From the NCBI GenBank assembly GCA_030390025.1, contig CM059432.1, positions 90,832,001-90,896,000 on the forward strand: a DNA stretch of 64,000 nt. Reading direction: 5' to 3'. The stretch is from Squalus acanthias (Eukaryota). This document shows, one piece after another, positions 12,680 through 25,317 of the stretch (the stretch's first letter is position 1; the number at the start of each line of letters is the position of its first letter). Position numbers and translations under genes: made by a program. The notes below the pieces were generated by a model. That model had not been told where the DNA came from, ran no database searches, and worked only from the letters and a program-made list of their open reading frames with translations.

Positions 12680-14551
12680 CCCTCCTCATCCTTCTCGACC
12701 TATCTGCAGCCTTTGACATGGTTGGCCACACCATCATCCTAAGAACATAAGAATTAGGAGCAAGAGTAGGCTATACGGCCCCTCAAGCCTGCTCCACCAT
12801 TCAATAAGATCATGGCTGATCTGCGACTTCAACTCCACTTTTCTGCCCGATCCCCATATCCCTTCATTCCCCTGGAGTCCAAAAATCTATCTCAGCCTTG
12901 AATATACTCAACGACTCAGCGTCCAATGCCTCTCCTCCGTTTTCCAGCTGGGTAGAACTGCCCTCGCCTGGTTCCATTTCTATCTATCCAGTCATAGCCA
13001 GAGAATCTCCTGCAATGGTTTCCCTTCCTGCACCTGCTCCATTACTGCTAGAGTCCCCAAGGATCTGTCCTTGACCCCCTCCTATTTCTCATCTACATGC
13101 TGCCCCTCAGCAACATCATCCGGAAACACGTTAGGTTCCACATGTACACTAACGACACCCAGCTCTACCTCACCACCACCTCTCCCAACCCCTCCACTGC
13201 CTCTGATTTGTCACCCTGCTTGTCCGACATCCAGTATTGGATGAGCAGAAATTTCCTCCCAAATAGATATTGGGAAGACCGAAGCTATTGTCTTTGGTCC
13301 CCACCACAAACTCTGTGCCCTAGTCACTGACTCCATCCCCATCCCTGGCCACTCGCAACCTCGCCAGCCTATTTGACCCTGAGCTGAGCTACCAACCCCA
13401 TATCCTCCGCCTACTTCCACCTCCATAATATTGCCCGGCTCCACCCCTGCCTCAGCTAATCTGCTGCTGAAACCCTCATCCATGCCTTTGTTACCTCCAG
13501 ACTCGACTATTCCAATGCTTTCCTGGTCGGCCTCTCGTCTTCGATCCTCCGTAAACGTGAGCTCATACAAAACTCTGCTGCCTATATCCAAACTCGTACC
13601 AAGTCCCGTTAACCCATCACCCCTGTCCTCGCTGACCAACATTGGCTCCCGGTCCAACAACGCCTCGTTTTTAAAATTCTCATCCTTGTGTTCAAATCCG
13701 TCCTTGTCCTCGTCCCTCCCTATCTCTGTAACCTCCTCCAGCCCTACAACCCTCTGATCTCTGCGCTCCTCCAATTCTGGCCTCTTGTGCATCACTGATT
13801 TTTATCGTTCCACCATTGGTGGCTGTGCCTTCAGCTGCCTAAGCCCTAAGCTCTGGAATTCCCTCCCTAAACCTCTCTGCAACTCTACCTCTCTCTCCTT
13901 TAAGTCGCCTCTTAAAATCCTTTTGGGTTATCTTTCTTAAAATCTCTTTATGTGGCTCGGAGTCAAATTTTGTCTGATAACACTCCTGTGCAGCGCCTTG
14001 GGATGTTTTTGCTACATTTTTAAAAATTTGTTTATGGGATCTGGGCGTCGCTGGCAATGCCAGCATTTATTGCCCATCCCTAGTTGCCCTTGAGAAGGTG
14101 GTGGTGAGCCGCCTTCTTGAACCGCTGCAGTCCGTGTGGTGAAGGTACTCCCACAGTGCTGTTAGGTAGGGAGTTCCAAGATTTTGACCCAGCGACGATG
14201 AAGGATCGGCGATATACTTCTAAGTCAGGATGGTGTGTGACTTGGAGGGGAACTTGGAGGTGGTGGTGTTCCCATGCGCCTGCTGCTCTTGTCCTTCTAG
14301 GTGGAAGAGATCGCGGGTTTGGGATGTGCTGCCGAAGAAGCCTTGGTGAGTTGCTGCAGTGCATCTTGTAGATGGTACACACTGCAGCCATGGTACGCCG
14401 GTGGTGGAGGGAGTGAATGTTTAAGGTGGTGGATGGGGTGCCAATCAAGCGGACTGCTTTGTCCTGGATGGTGTTGAGTTTCTTGAGTGTTGTTGGAGCT
14501 GCACTCATCCAGGTAAGTGGCACTATATAAATGCAAGTTGTTGTTGTTGTC
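12680..14551 (+). mobile_element. L2-clade LINE 3' portion with nested CR1 fragments
   Basis: LLILLDLSAAFD and YTNDTQLY motifs. The 3' tail (cttgggatgttttt...ctatataaatgcaagttgttgttg) is split by an insertion at about 14020-14517; a CR1 3' tail on - lies at about 12740-12920. Confidence 0.75.
14020..14517 (-). mobile_element. 3' fragment of the LINE family found full-length at 55119-58409
   Basis: Translation ...GSKSWNSLP...FKKAAHHHLLKGN is nearly identical to 57689-58345, with the same 3' UTR. Confidence 0.85.
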
Positions 14552-14559
14552 AGCTAACG

Positions 14560-14710
14560 ATACAGCCCCCTCTGTCATCACTGGTGTTAATGATTGAAGT
14601 CTCCCTCAAAGAGTAGGGTGTCCAGCTGGAAGGAGCTTGGCACAGTCAAGTGATGAAAAAGTAGAAATACTGTGACAGTGTGGCACAGTGCTATATCAAC
14701 AAGCAGGACC
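14560..14710 (+). pseudogene. Degraded DIRS-like RNase H fragment
   Basis: MIEVSLKE*GV resembles TDASxxGWGA, and DSVAQCYINKQ resembles DNxTxVAYINKQGG. Confidence 0.4.
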
Positions 14711-17700
14711 AAAATCACCTCTTAGCTCCTGCTGCAGTGCACACAGACATGGTGCAGATCAAGTTCAGTGGATTTGTCAGCTCAGTATCTTGTGGGAATG
14801 CAGAAAGAGATTGTTGTCACCTTCTACAGTGCTTTAATATACTGCTATTTGTATGCAGAGGCTGAATGAATAAGGAAAACTCTTAGATTACCCACCTTAT
14901 GGGTGGTCTTACTTATTCTCCCTCCATGCTCGCCTTCTTCTGAGCTGGTATGGCTAGGAGATGTTTCTTTTGTTTCCTGTTTTATTTAAGTAATGTAACT
15001 GTTACTTGAGGTCAGAATCTTGCCTCCTCCTGGCAGAGAACTAAGCGCACTCCCCAGAACGAGGCCTTGTATACGGCAAAGTGGACAATCAACTGAGGTT
15101 CCAGCTCATTCATTTCTTAAAGGGGCAGTATCTTCCTGTGAACTCTCTCATGGTGGTATGAAAAGTTAGAACTTCTATCAAAGAATGAGGTAGACCACAC
15201 CTACAATAGGTAATCTAGCATTAGCACCCAATGATCTTTGCCATAACAAACAGGCCTGGAGCATGCCACTTTCTCGAACTGTTTCCTTGTTTACTTTTAA
15301 TATATGTAAATTAAGTTATCCTATCCTCTTGGGAGTGCTATATAGCCTAAAGGCTTATGTTTTAAGTGCTGTATTTGCATTTGAAAATCATTATTTTTAG
15401 TGAGGCCTGAATGAATTTGATGGCATGGTGTCACTATCTGTCTGTGTGTCATTGTGTCTGTAATTGATAATGATACTAGCTGTAATTGCTCATGCATGCA
15501 GATGAAATTCTTTGAAATTTTAGCTGAGTGTAAAGAAGTACAATTTTAATTTTAGAAATTTTGTTTTTTAGGAATGGATTGATTTGAAACTATTTTTATC
15601 TTGTTTGAATTATCGTATAATCTATTATGATGCCATTAATATAAGTTGAGACACATTCAAAGATGAACTGTTGTAATATTATAATTAGTCATTTCATTTT
15701 GCTAAACTAATGAGATTTAATTAGCACCACAATGCTCTACAGTTTATATCATCAGCCTGGCAACTGTAAATTACATCTTATTGGCAATGCTGGTTCCATT
15801 ATAAACTGACTTTGGGCTAATTTGTTGTTTAACGTCAGTATTCAGTTTGCTGAGTGCCAAATGTTGAATTCTATTTAATAAAGATAATGCTGGTGGGCAA
15901 TATCTAAAGAATAGAATTAATAAAAAAGAACTTACATTTCTCATGTGAAGAAAACCATCTCCGAACATCTGCTTCCCCAGTAGCTCAGTGTGTTCATTCA
16001 ATCAGTGGGCAAACCATAAACACAGGAAGATCCCAAGTTCAGTCCCAGTCTCAAGGGTGGGCTTATCATATCTAGCATAGCAGAAAGTGCTCTACCAATT
16101 GTATTATTTGCGAATGGCCTCAGCACCTCTGGGAGGTGAAAATCAATGAAGGTCCCATTCCTGATTGCTATCAAGTGACTCTGTTAGAAGTGCTTGTATG
16201 AGGACGTGGAGCGAGGTCAGGATTGGACTCGACTATGACGCTGCTAGTGGTTGAATAGCCTGCCAAAACGCACTATCAAGGTTCACGTCTGAATGATGGC
16301 AGCTTTAGGTACTAGACAGACTGGCCGCTGTGGATTTGTACTACAATGAAGGAAGAAAATTGGTAAAGAAAAGTTCGTGAGAGAATGAAAAAAAACCAAG
16401 CATGGAGTATACAGCCAGTTCTTAATTGAAAATGTAATGTTCTATGGACAGATTATTTATCCTCCTTCATGATGAGGATATTGGGGTAGTTTTTTTCTTT
16501 GGGATAAGTGGTAATCTGCGGAATGGATCGATGGAATAAAAATCAGTTGTGTTGGATAACAGGCAGGCGATGTGCTCCACCCTTGTGGTGAAAACAAAAA
16601 TTTACCTAATTTTCTTTTAATAATTACAAAAAATAATTTCAACCACCATATTCTCAATTTCTGTCAATCGTGGGTTGATCCAAGGTCATCCAATAATAGA
16701 ATTTGAATGTACCATTCACAGTCTTTCCCATTATTTACAAGTTCTCCTTCAAGCATTGTGGCATAAGGAGTTCAATTTTTGCTAGGTAAATTTAGCATTG
16801 CAAATAGGAATTTTGCTTTTCCTTGCAGTATTGTTATGTTTTCACTTGTGTTCCCCTCCCTTCTTGAAGGCATTGGCATCTCACTGGAGTGCAGTTCTAT
16901 GGCCATCGGTTGCCCACTGATACCTCACCCACTGGTCATTATTCAGCTGTGGGCCTTGACAAGCTATTTGACTGCAGTGGGATGGTCACAGCCAAGTGTG
17001 GTCCTATTCTCACCTGAAATCTGCACAATTGTTGAATTCCTGCAGAGGTTGCTGCATATTTATCAGAAGCAGAAAACCTGACCAATTGTTCTATTCCCCA
17101 GCCCATGATGCTGAGGCCAATTATAATGTGCTTACTGCTGCCCTGGCTGAGATCAGCTAATTTAACACTGAGCAGGGTTAAATCTGAGACTATCCTTGCT
17201 CGTATGGTGATTATCTGATATACACTAAGCAAACTTTGCACTATAAAGAAAGTTGTTTTTTTGGCTAATGCAACTCTGGCACTAACATTTTTTCTTAACT
17301 ATTTACCTATAAAAAATAGCTCTACATATTGCTGGAGCCCCAAATCCATACTACAACTATATCTGTATTGATTTTAGGGGATTATTATTTCTTGATGTAT
17401 GCAAAGATAAAGTCAATTTTGCAGTGGTTCTATTTGAACAACACCAACCTCATAAATTGTGTAGCAACTCAGTAGCACTAGTGGCCCGAGCACTGATAGC
17501 TTCAGTTTCCTCCTGTTAGTGTCTGAAATGGGGTAGGGAGAATCCAAAACCCCTGCTAAACCTGAGATTTACCTGCAGAAAATCAAGTTTGCATTGGGAA
17601 AGATTGTAATCCCAGTCAACACCCACAGAAAGGTCACCGTCAAGATTTGTTCACAAATTAGTTTAATCAGGATTCAACTGTATCTTTTGTCTGGAGTCAC

Positions 17701-18070
17701 TTTACTAGTAGAGCTGTGAAAGCAGTAAAAGAGAAAAGGATTTTGCCAGAAACTTTACTGATAAGGAAAAGAGTAAGTGCGTCAGAACAGTTTAATAAAA
17801 AATGCTTTCTAAAAGTGCCCACAGTTGACCATGTAGAAAAAAGTTCTTCATGTTCAATCAATAAAGCATCTCTGTTTAGCAGCTAGAGCTAATCTAACTG
17901 AATGAACAAAGTGCTAAGTTAAGGTTCATCTATCATATCCAACAGGAAATATTCAGTCTACCCCACTTTACCTAATTTACATCACTTCCATTCCTAGAAA
18001 TGTCTCTGGTTGGGTATGTGATGAATAATTGTAGTTATATTGTTCTAAAAAAAAATTACTGTTTATAAAG

Positions 18071-18238
18071 ATTGAGCAATATGAAGAAACTTTAGGAAGG
18101 TTGCAGTCTGGCCGAGATGGAAGTTAGGAAAAATATAAGCAATGCAGTAAAGAACTGTCCATGTGTCAACAGAACATCCATGACTTGAATTTGGAAATTA
18201 CCACCTTAGAAGCGAGTCATAAACAGACTGTGGAGCAG
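18071..18238 (+). CDS. Probable host exon of a coiled-coil protein (168 nt, phase 0-0) with an in-frame TAG
   Basis: aag|ATT...CAG|gta; IEQYEETLGRLQSGRDGS*EKYKQCSKELSMCQQNIHDLNLEITTLEASHKQTVEQ; same length, phase and I-x-x-Y-E-E start as exon 61456-61623. Confidence 0.6.
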
Positions 18239-18514
18239 GTACTACTATAGCAGCACTAAAAGTTTTAACTAACTCTGGAAATAATATTTAAGAGGCAAAA
18301 AAATGAACATTTCAGCAGGTCATTTAATCAGGCACAGTGGACAGAAATGTCAACTTTGGCAGTGGTGGTTCGCCTGTTTTATGGCCCAATCGAAGTTGAA
18401 AGTTCTGGCCAGTGGGGTAGATTTTCCTCCATGTGCAGACTTTGGGTGGCTGGCGGGAGTCCTGGTCCATTATGAGGTCCAAGACTTAATAGCAATTGAA
18501 CATGAGAATTGAAT

Positions 18515-18973
18515 GTGTCAGCCGTGGCTCAGTTGGTAGCATCCTTGCCTCTGAGTCAGAAGGTTGTGGGTTCATAGTCCCCCTCCAGGGACTTGAGTGC
18601 AAAAATCTGGGCAAACACTCCAGTACAGTACTGAGGGAGTGCTGCACTGTCAGAGGTGCCGTCTTCTGGATGAGATGTTAAAACCAAAGCCCTGTCTGCT
18701 CTCTCAGGTGGATGTAAAAGATCCTATAGTAGTATTTCGAAGAAGAGCAGGGAGTTATCCCTGGTGTCCTAGCCAATATTTATCCCTCAACTATCACTTA
18801 AAAAAAATTATCTGGTCATTATCCCATTGCTGTTTGTGGGAGCTTGCTGTGCGCAGATTGGCTCCCGTGTTTCCTACATTACGACAGTGAGTACACTTCA
18901 AAAAGTACTTCATTGGCTGTAAAGCACTTTGGGACGTCAGTGAAAGGTGCTATATAAATGCAAGTCTTTCTTT
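18515..18973 (+). mobile_element. tRNA-derived SINE (Deu-domain type) with an L2-derived tail
   Basis: A box TGGCTCAGTTGG, B-box-like GGTTCATAGTCC, central conserved body, tail AAAGGTGCTATATAAATGCAAGTCTTTCTTT matching the L2 tail at 14518-14551. Confidence 0.8.
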
Positions 18974-19149
18974 ATGACAGGAGAGCCAGATGGCCTTCAG
19001 GCCAGAAAAAGGTAGGTCCGTGGGTAGGTCCGATCTCGGGAGTGGCAGTGGTCCAGGCTAGTTTTTACCTGTGGTCTCCTCTTCTGCTGTATTGCCAGTT
19101 GATACTGGGTGAAGCGTGCACAGCGTACTGTCCTAAAATGATAAATGGG

Positions 19150-21198
19150 GTCCTCAACCGTGGCTAACAAGGGAAATTAGGGATAGCATAAGATCCAAGG
19201 AGAGGGCATATAAATTGGCCAGAAAAAGCAGTAACCCTGTGGATTGGGAGCAGTTTAAGATTCAACAAAGGAGGACAAAGGGATTAATTAAGAAGGGGAA
19301 AATAGAATACGAGAGTAAGCTTGCAGGGAACATAAAAACTGACTGTAAAAGCTTTTATAGCTATGTGAAGAGAAAAAGATTAGTGAAATCAAGCATAGGT
19401 CCCTTGCAGTCAGAATCAGGGGAACTTATAATGGGGAACAAAGAAATGTCAGACCAATTAAATACATATTTTGGTTCTGTCTTCACAAAGCAGGACACAA
19501 ATAACCTCCCAGAGATGTTGGGGAACATAGGGTCTGATGAAAGAGAGGAACTGAAAGAAATCAGTATTTGTAGGGAAATGGTGTTAGGGAAATTGAAGGG
19601 ATTGAAGGCCAATAAATCCCCAGGGCCTGATAATCTACATCCTAGGGTACTTAAGGAAGTGGCCCTAGAAATAGTAGATGCATTGCTGATCATCTTCCAA
19701 CATTCGATGGAATCTGGAACAGTACCCATGGATTGGAGGGTAGCTAATGTTACCCCACTATTCAAAAAGGGTGGTAGAGAGAAAACGGGGAATTACAGAC
19801 CGGTAAGCCTGACATCGATAGTGGGGAAAATGCTAGAGTCCATTATAAAAGATGTAATAGCTGAGCACTTGAAAAACAGTGACAGGATCGGACAAAGTCA
19901 ACATGGATTTACAAAAGATAAATCATGCTTGACTAATCTACTGGAATTTTTTGAGAATGTAACTGGTAAAATAGATAAGGGAGAACCAGTGGATGTGGTG
20001 TATTTGGACTTCCAAAAGGCTTTTGATAAGGTCCCGCATAAGAGATTAGCGTGTAAAGTTAAGGCACACGGGATTGGCGGCAAGGTATTGACTTGGATAG
20101 AGAACTGGTTGGCAGACAGAAAGCAAAGAGCTGCAATAAACGGGTCTTTTTCTGAGTGGCAGGCAGTGACTAGTGGGGTACCGCAGGGATCGGTCCTTGG
20201 ATCCCAGCTATTCACAATATATATTAATGATCTAGACAAGGGAACTAGATGTAATATCTCCAAGTTTGCAGACGACACAAAGCTGGGTGGGCGTGTGTGC
20301 TGCGAGGAGAATGCTGAGAAACTCCAGGATGATTTGGACAGGTTGGGTGATTGGGCAGAAGCGTGGCAGATGCAATATAACGTGGATAAATGCGAGGTTA
20401 TCCACTTTGGTGTCAAAAACAGAAAGGCAGATTATTATCTGAATGGCAATAGATTGGGAGAAGGGGAAGTGCAACGAGACCTGGGTGTCCTTGTGCACCA
20501 GTCGCTGAAGGTAAGCATGCAGGTGCAGCAGGCGGTTAAGAAGGCAAATGGTATGTTGGCCTTCATAGCGAGAGGGTTTGAGTACAGGAACAAGGATGTC
20601 TTGCTGCAGTTGTACAGGGCCTTGGTGCGACCATACCTTGAGTGCTGTGTGCAGTTTTGGTCGCCTTATCTGAGGAAGGATGTTCTTGCCATGGAAGGAG
20701 TTCAGCGAAGATTCACAAGGCTGATACCTGGGATGGCAGGAATGACGTATGAAGAGAGATTGGGTCGATTGGGCTTATACTCGCTGGAGTTTAGAAGAAT
20801 GAGAGGGGATCTCATTGAAACTTATAAAATTCTGACAGGACAGGACAAACTAGATGCAGGAAGGATGTTCCCGATGGTCGGGGAGTCCAGAACCAGGGAT
20901 CACAGTCTAAGGATAAGGGGTAAGCCATTTAGGACAGAAATGAGGAGGAATTTCTTCACCCAGAGAGTGGTGAACCAGTGGAATTCTCTGCCACAGAAGG
21001 CAGTAGAGGCCAATTCATTAAATAGATTCAAGAAGGAGTTGGATATATTTCTTAAGGCTAAAGGGATCAAGGGATATGGGGAGAAAGCAGGGACAGGGTA
21101 CTGAATTTGGATGATCAGCCATGATCGCATTGAATGGCGGAGCAGGCTAGAGGGGCCGAATGGCCTACTCCTGCTCCTATCTTCTATGATTCTATGTA
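19150..21198 (+). mobile_element. Young 5'-truncated CR1 LINE
   Basis: Contains an uninterrupted RT frame and a CR1 3' UTR ending in TTCTATGA repeats. Confidence 0.93.
19215..21104 (+). CDS. CR1 ORF2 reverse transcriptase, C-terminal 629 aa (no endonuclease)
   Basis: KSPGPD, NYRPVSLTS, LDFQKAFDKVPH, GVPQGSVLG, KFADDTK and FFTQRVV in one open frame. Confidence 0.9.
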   Translation: MARKSSNPVDWEQFKIQQRRTKGLIKKGKIEYESKLAGNIKTDCKSFYSYVKRKRLVKSSIGPLQSESGELIMGNKEMSDQLNTYFGSVFTKQDTNNLPEMLGNIGSDEREELKEISICREMVLGKLKGLKANKSPGPDNLHPRVLKEVALEIVDALLIIFQHSMESGTVPMDWRVANVTPLFKKGGREKTGNYRPVSLTSIVGKMLESIIKDVIAEHLKNSDRIGQSQHGFTKDKSCLTNLLEFFENVTGKIDKGEPVDVVYLDFQKAFDKVPHKRLACKVKAHGIGGKVLTWIENWLADRKQRAAINGSFSEWQAVTSGVPQGSVLGSQLFTIYINDLDKGTRCNISKFADDTKLGGRVCCEENAEKLQDDLDRLGDWAEAWQMQYNVDKCEVIHFGVKNRKADYYLNGNRLGEGEVQRDLGVLVHQSLKVSMQVQQAVKKANGMLAFIARGFEYRNKDVLLQLYRALVRPYLECCVQFWSPYLRKDVLAMEGVQRRFTRLIPGMAGMTYEERLGRLGLYSLEFRRMRGDLIETYKILTGQDKLDAGRMFPMVGESRTRDHSLRIRGKPFRTEMRRNFFTQRVVNQWNSLPQKAVEANSLNRFKKELDIFLKAKGIKGYGEKAGTGY

Positions 21199-21940
21199 TG
21201 TCATTGGACGCTAATTTGCATATTTAAGGGCCTACAACACCCGACTCAGGCGGGTGCGTCAGCTGCCAAGTGATAAACCTGAGAAAAATGCGCAGGCCAC
21301 AATAATGGCAGGAATGGAGCAGGATGTCTTTCCCCACCATTTTTGGGACACTCCCGCGTTTCCACCGTGCGGTGAGGCCTCAAAATCTCCGCCAGTGAGT
21401 CTAGAAGTAGCGAGCAGAGGCGTCATTTTATGATACCATTTTTGGGACCCTCCCGAGCTGACAGCAGATATTCAAGTGCTTAAGACTTTTGACCATGGTC
21501 CTCAGCTGCCGGAATGCATAACGGAAATTAAGCATGCACTACCCACAATTATCCAATCATTTAGTTGTAAAATTGTGGGTAGCATGCACTTGAATTTCCA
21601 ATATGCTTTGCCAGCAGGAAAGGTTCTCCTCTGATAGTGTAAACTCAAAATTCTCCATATCAAGTCCAAAATTAACTGCTTCAGGCATTAGAAATTAGAA
21701 GATTCTCCCCTCACAAAACAGTGGATATGTGGAACAGATTCCCAGCAAAAGTAGTTAATGCTGTGGCAATTTACTCCTTGAAAAATCCATGGGTGGAACT
21801 TTCAACTTTGGTGGGGGGCTGAAATCGGACGGTATGATCAATGGGAAGGGAGATCATGTAGGGTGTATAACGAGCAGCCGAGCCGCTACCGCCTGTAATC
21901 TTAATTAAGAATTAAATTTAGGGTTATCGAGATTAGTATA

Positions 21941-22360
21941 TGATGTGGAGATGCCGGCGTTGGACTGGGGTGGACAAAAATCAGAAGTCGCACAACACCA
22001 GGTTATAGTTCAACAGATTTATTTAATTTTACAAGCTTTCGAAGCTGTTCGCTCCTTCTTCAGGTAAGGTAGCTGTGAGAGAATCTCCCAGAATTCACAA
22101 TATAAACACAGAAAAAATCTATTCAAATCTTTCCCTACATCAAAGACACACTAAGAGCACAGCCAAGACAATGAGATGTGTCCCAGGGGGTCCAACGTGT
22201 CAAAACACCTGCTGGCTGCATATCCTCTCCATTAGTCTTTTTAAAACAAAACCTGGAAAGACCGGCCATGATGTCAAGTCACGTTCTGTATCGTGACATG
22301 AACCCGATATCGCGATTGAGGCCATCCTCATGAGTGCGGAACTTGGCTAGTATTAGTATA
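21941..22360 (-). mobile_element. Penelope-like terminal fragment with a hammerhead-like motif
   Basis: Same terminus as 1243-1471; flanked by GAGATTAGTATA at 21929-21940 and 22361-22372. Confidence 0.7.
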
Positions 22361-23086
22361 GAGATTAGTATAGACAGAGATAAAAACTTCACAGAACACA
22401 ATGGGGCCAATTTGAACTTGGCCTAAAAATGGGGAGTAGGTAGACTTACCGCCGTTAATACTGATACTCTGGCTGCCGCCATTTTGAAAGGGGCCTTCCA
22501 CTTGGCGGCAGTAACACCCGCCTGTTTCAGGTGCTCGGCCCTTTTAATATGCAAAGCTGGGTCCTATGACATACATAATACATAGGACTTCGATTGCCAT
22601 TTTAGGACTGAACTGGGCTGAGCATTTTGCTGGTGGTACAGTTGAAGAGGACCAAAAAAGTTCAGTTTTTAAAAATTTTCAGGGCCCAGGAGGAGCAGGC
22701 GTGCTTCTCTAGGACCCACAAAGATAATGGGCCACTGCTGTCTTGGGCTCTCTCCCCACTCCACAATCATGATCCTCCACCTCCCCCCACCCCCAGAGAA
22801 TTACCGTATTGACAGCTGGGCGTACAGAAACTGCCCGATATTGCACCATTCCGAATCCGGCAAGCTGCATTGGGATGCCCATTTGGGGTGAACAGCTCAC
22901 CAGTTTTATTTAAATGAGGTTTGTGCCTTAAGATGGCTCTGACTTCATCACTTCCAACGTGGGAGCTGGTCGGCTGTCCGAAAGTTAAAATCTACCCAGT
23001 TTAGCTCTATCTACAAAATATTGTAAGAGTTTTTTTTACAGCTGCACAATCAGATAAACTCACCAATGAGTTTTCTGCATATGAAA

Positions 23087-23480
23087 TCAAGATGAAGAAC
23101 CTACATTGAGAACTGAATGAGTTCGGGAATGGGAATTGTACTGCTGGAGGAGGTTACAGAGAAAGGAATGGGCAAGGTCATGAAGGGATTTAAGCACATG
23201 ATTGGGAATTTTTAATTGGAGGTGTTGGGGGACAAGTAGGTAAGCAAGGACAGGAGGTTTGGATATGGGCATCAAAGTTTTGGATGAGCTAAAGTTTACA
23301 GAGGGTTGAGGATGAGATGCTGGCCAGGAGAACATTGAAATGGTTGAGTCTTTAGGTGACAAAGGTATGGATGAGAGTTTCAACAGCAGTTGATGAAGAC
23401 AGTTGATATTACAGAGGTGGAAGTAGGCTGTGATGCAGTGTATATGGGGTCGGAAGCTTAACTCGGGGTTGAATAGGACA
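23087..23480 (-). mobile_element. Old L2 LINE fragment
   Basis: Reverse-complement similarity to the L2 3' region at 13380-13760. Confidence 0.55.
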
Positions 23481-24483
23481 TCTAGGGGGGAAAATTGGGT
23501 TGATTTGCGCCTCTCATTAGCGCCCCCGGGTGGCGCTAATGGGGCGCAAATCCCCTAGCGCCCGGGCGCAGTGCCACTAACGCCTCCCGCAAAATTCAGC
23601 GGGAGGTTAGCGGCGCCGGTAGCACAGCGCTGCGCCGTCGGCAATTACATCATCTATCAAGCATTTAATATCCTGTCAAAGGTCCATTACGACAGATTGC
23701 AATTCAACAGCACTGAAAGGCGTTGGCAATGATCCTTTTGATTTACTGTACACCATGCACGTAGCATACCAGCTGTGGGGCAGCTTTAAATGTATTATAT
23801 AAAATAATTAAATAGCAAAATGGTTTTATTTCATACATTTGGAGAAAGTATAGATGATCTGTGCTGAATGCCCAGTTCTTGATCATACAATTGGAGTACA
23901 GAAAACATTGATAATTTTAAATATTGTCATACTTTATATTTTTAATGTTTCTAAATGTTGCCACTAGGTACATGTATATTATTGTGAAGTGATACCAGAA
24001 TGGTTAACAATCCTTTCAGACGTACTGTGAAATCGGTGGAGAGACCTCATAGAGCCTATCCTCTCTGCTGCAAAAAAAAACTTTCATTTTTAGGATATGT
24101 TAAGTGGTATGTGTTCAGTACAAGTACTGTAGTTTGTTTCTGTCGGTGGTGTTCTGGTAACAGTATCATTTCAATTTTATTTAGACTTACTGAACAATTT
24201 GCAGATTTTGCACATTTTAGGGTAAAAGTTGTATTGCTTACAACTATATCCACTGCTTGCTCTCAATGTTCAATAGAAATGGGGCCCTTTCACAGTGAAA
24301 CACTAACCATAAAATCTTTGGACGTAATTGCTGAGCATTTGGTGGGCAATTAGCCCAACTCTGCGCCAGCAATGAGTAATTCCCCACCGGTGCGGGTCAT
24401 TTGTCAAGTTGTACTTTAACAGATCACAAGTTCGGGATTTAGCTGTCAATTTCAGAGTACGCCGTCATACCCACCGCAACATC

Positions 24484-24985
24484 TGCCCCTATCTTTCTTA
24501 GGTCCAAAGTGGATGACCTCATACTTTCCCACATTGAACTCCATCTGCCACAGCTTTGCCCACTCACTTAGTCTATTTATGTCCCTTTGCAACCTTCTAC
24601 TTTCACCTACACTATTTAACTTAGTGTTGTCAGCAAACTTAGATATATGGCTCTCTATTCCTTCATCTAAGTCATTTATAAATATAGTGAAAAGCTGAGA
24701 TCCCAGTGCAGAACCTTGGGGGACACCACTAGTTACATGCTGCCATTTTGAGCCAATTCTCAGTCTCCTACCTCCGAACCAATTCCCTATCCAAGTCAAT
24801 AGGTTGCCACCAATTCCATGCGCTCTCATTATTAACAGTTTCTTACGTGAACCTTCTGGAAGTCCATATAAATAGCATCCATAGACACTACCTTATCTAC
24901 TATGTTAGTTACCTCCTCAAAAAATTCAGCTAGGTTCGTTAGACATGACTTGCCCTTTACAAATCCATGCTGGCTCTCTCTGATG
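24484..24985 (-). mobile_element. CR1 RT fragment
   Basis: GVPQGSALG and KFADNTK motifs in ORF 24452-24829. Confidence 0.8.
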
Positions 24986-25317
24986 CAGCTGAATGGATGG
25001 TCTTAATCTTAGTGGCAAAGAAGTCCATAAGCCCCTCGCACTTAATTTTGGACAGGGCTGGGCAGAAAGGCTTAAGGAGATGGTTAGAAGTGGAGTAAAG
25101 AAGCTGGGGGGTTATCTTTGCTCTCCAGATTGATACTGAAGTAGTGTGCAGCTTTGAGAGAGGAGAGTGAAGCCCAATAGTGTTTGATGTGGTATAATAA
25201 GAGAAAATGCTGGAAACATTCAGTAGCTCAGGAAGCACCTGTGGAGAGAGAAACAGAGTTCATGTTTCAGGTCGATGTCCTTTCATCAGAACTCTGATTT
25301 GTTTACGGAGATGGTAT

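Larger units (their letters stand above)
18414..21393. mobile_element. Old Harbinger-type MITE hosting a SINE and a CR1
   Basis: Ends GGGGTAGATTTT / AAAATCTCCGCC, AGT TSD at 18411-18413 and 21394-21396. Confidence 0.55.

Noticed and set aside
18515..18600. tRNA gene
   Set aside because: The A/B boxes are a SINE head followed by SINE body and LINE tail; no full cloverleaf.
25255..25295. Hammerhead-like motif on - strand just outside the 3' LTR
   Set aside because: It belongs to a separate old Penelope-type terminus outside the GTAT TSD, and its cleavage triplet is degenerate; it is not part of the provirus.
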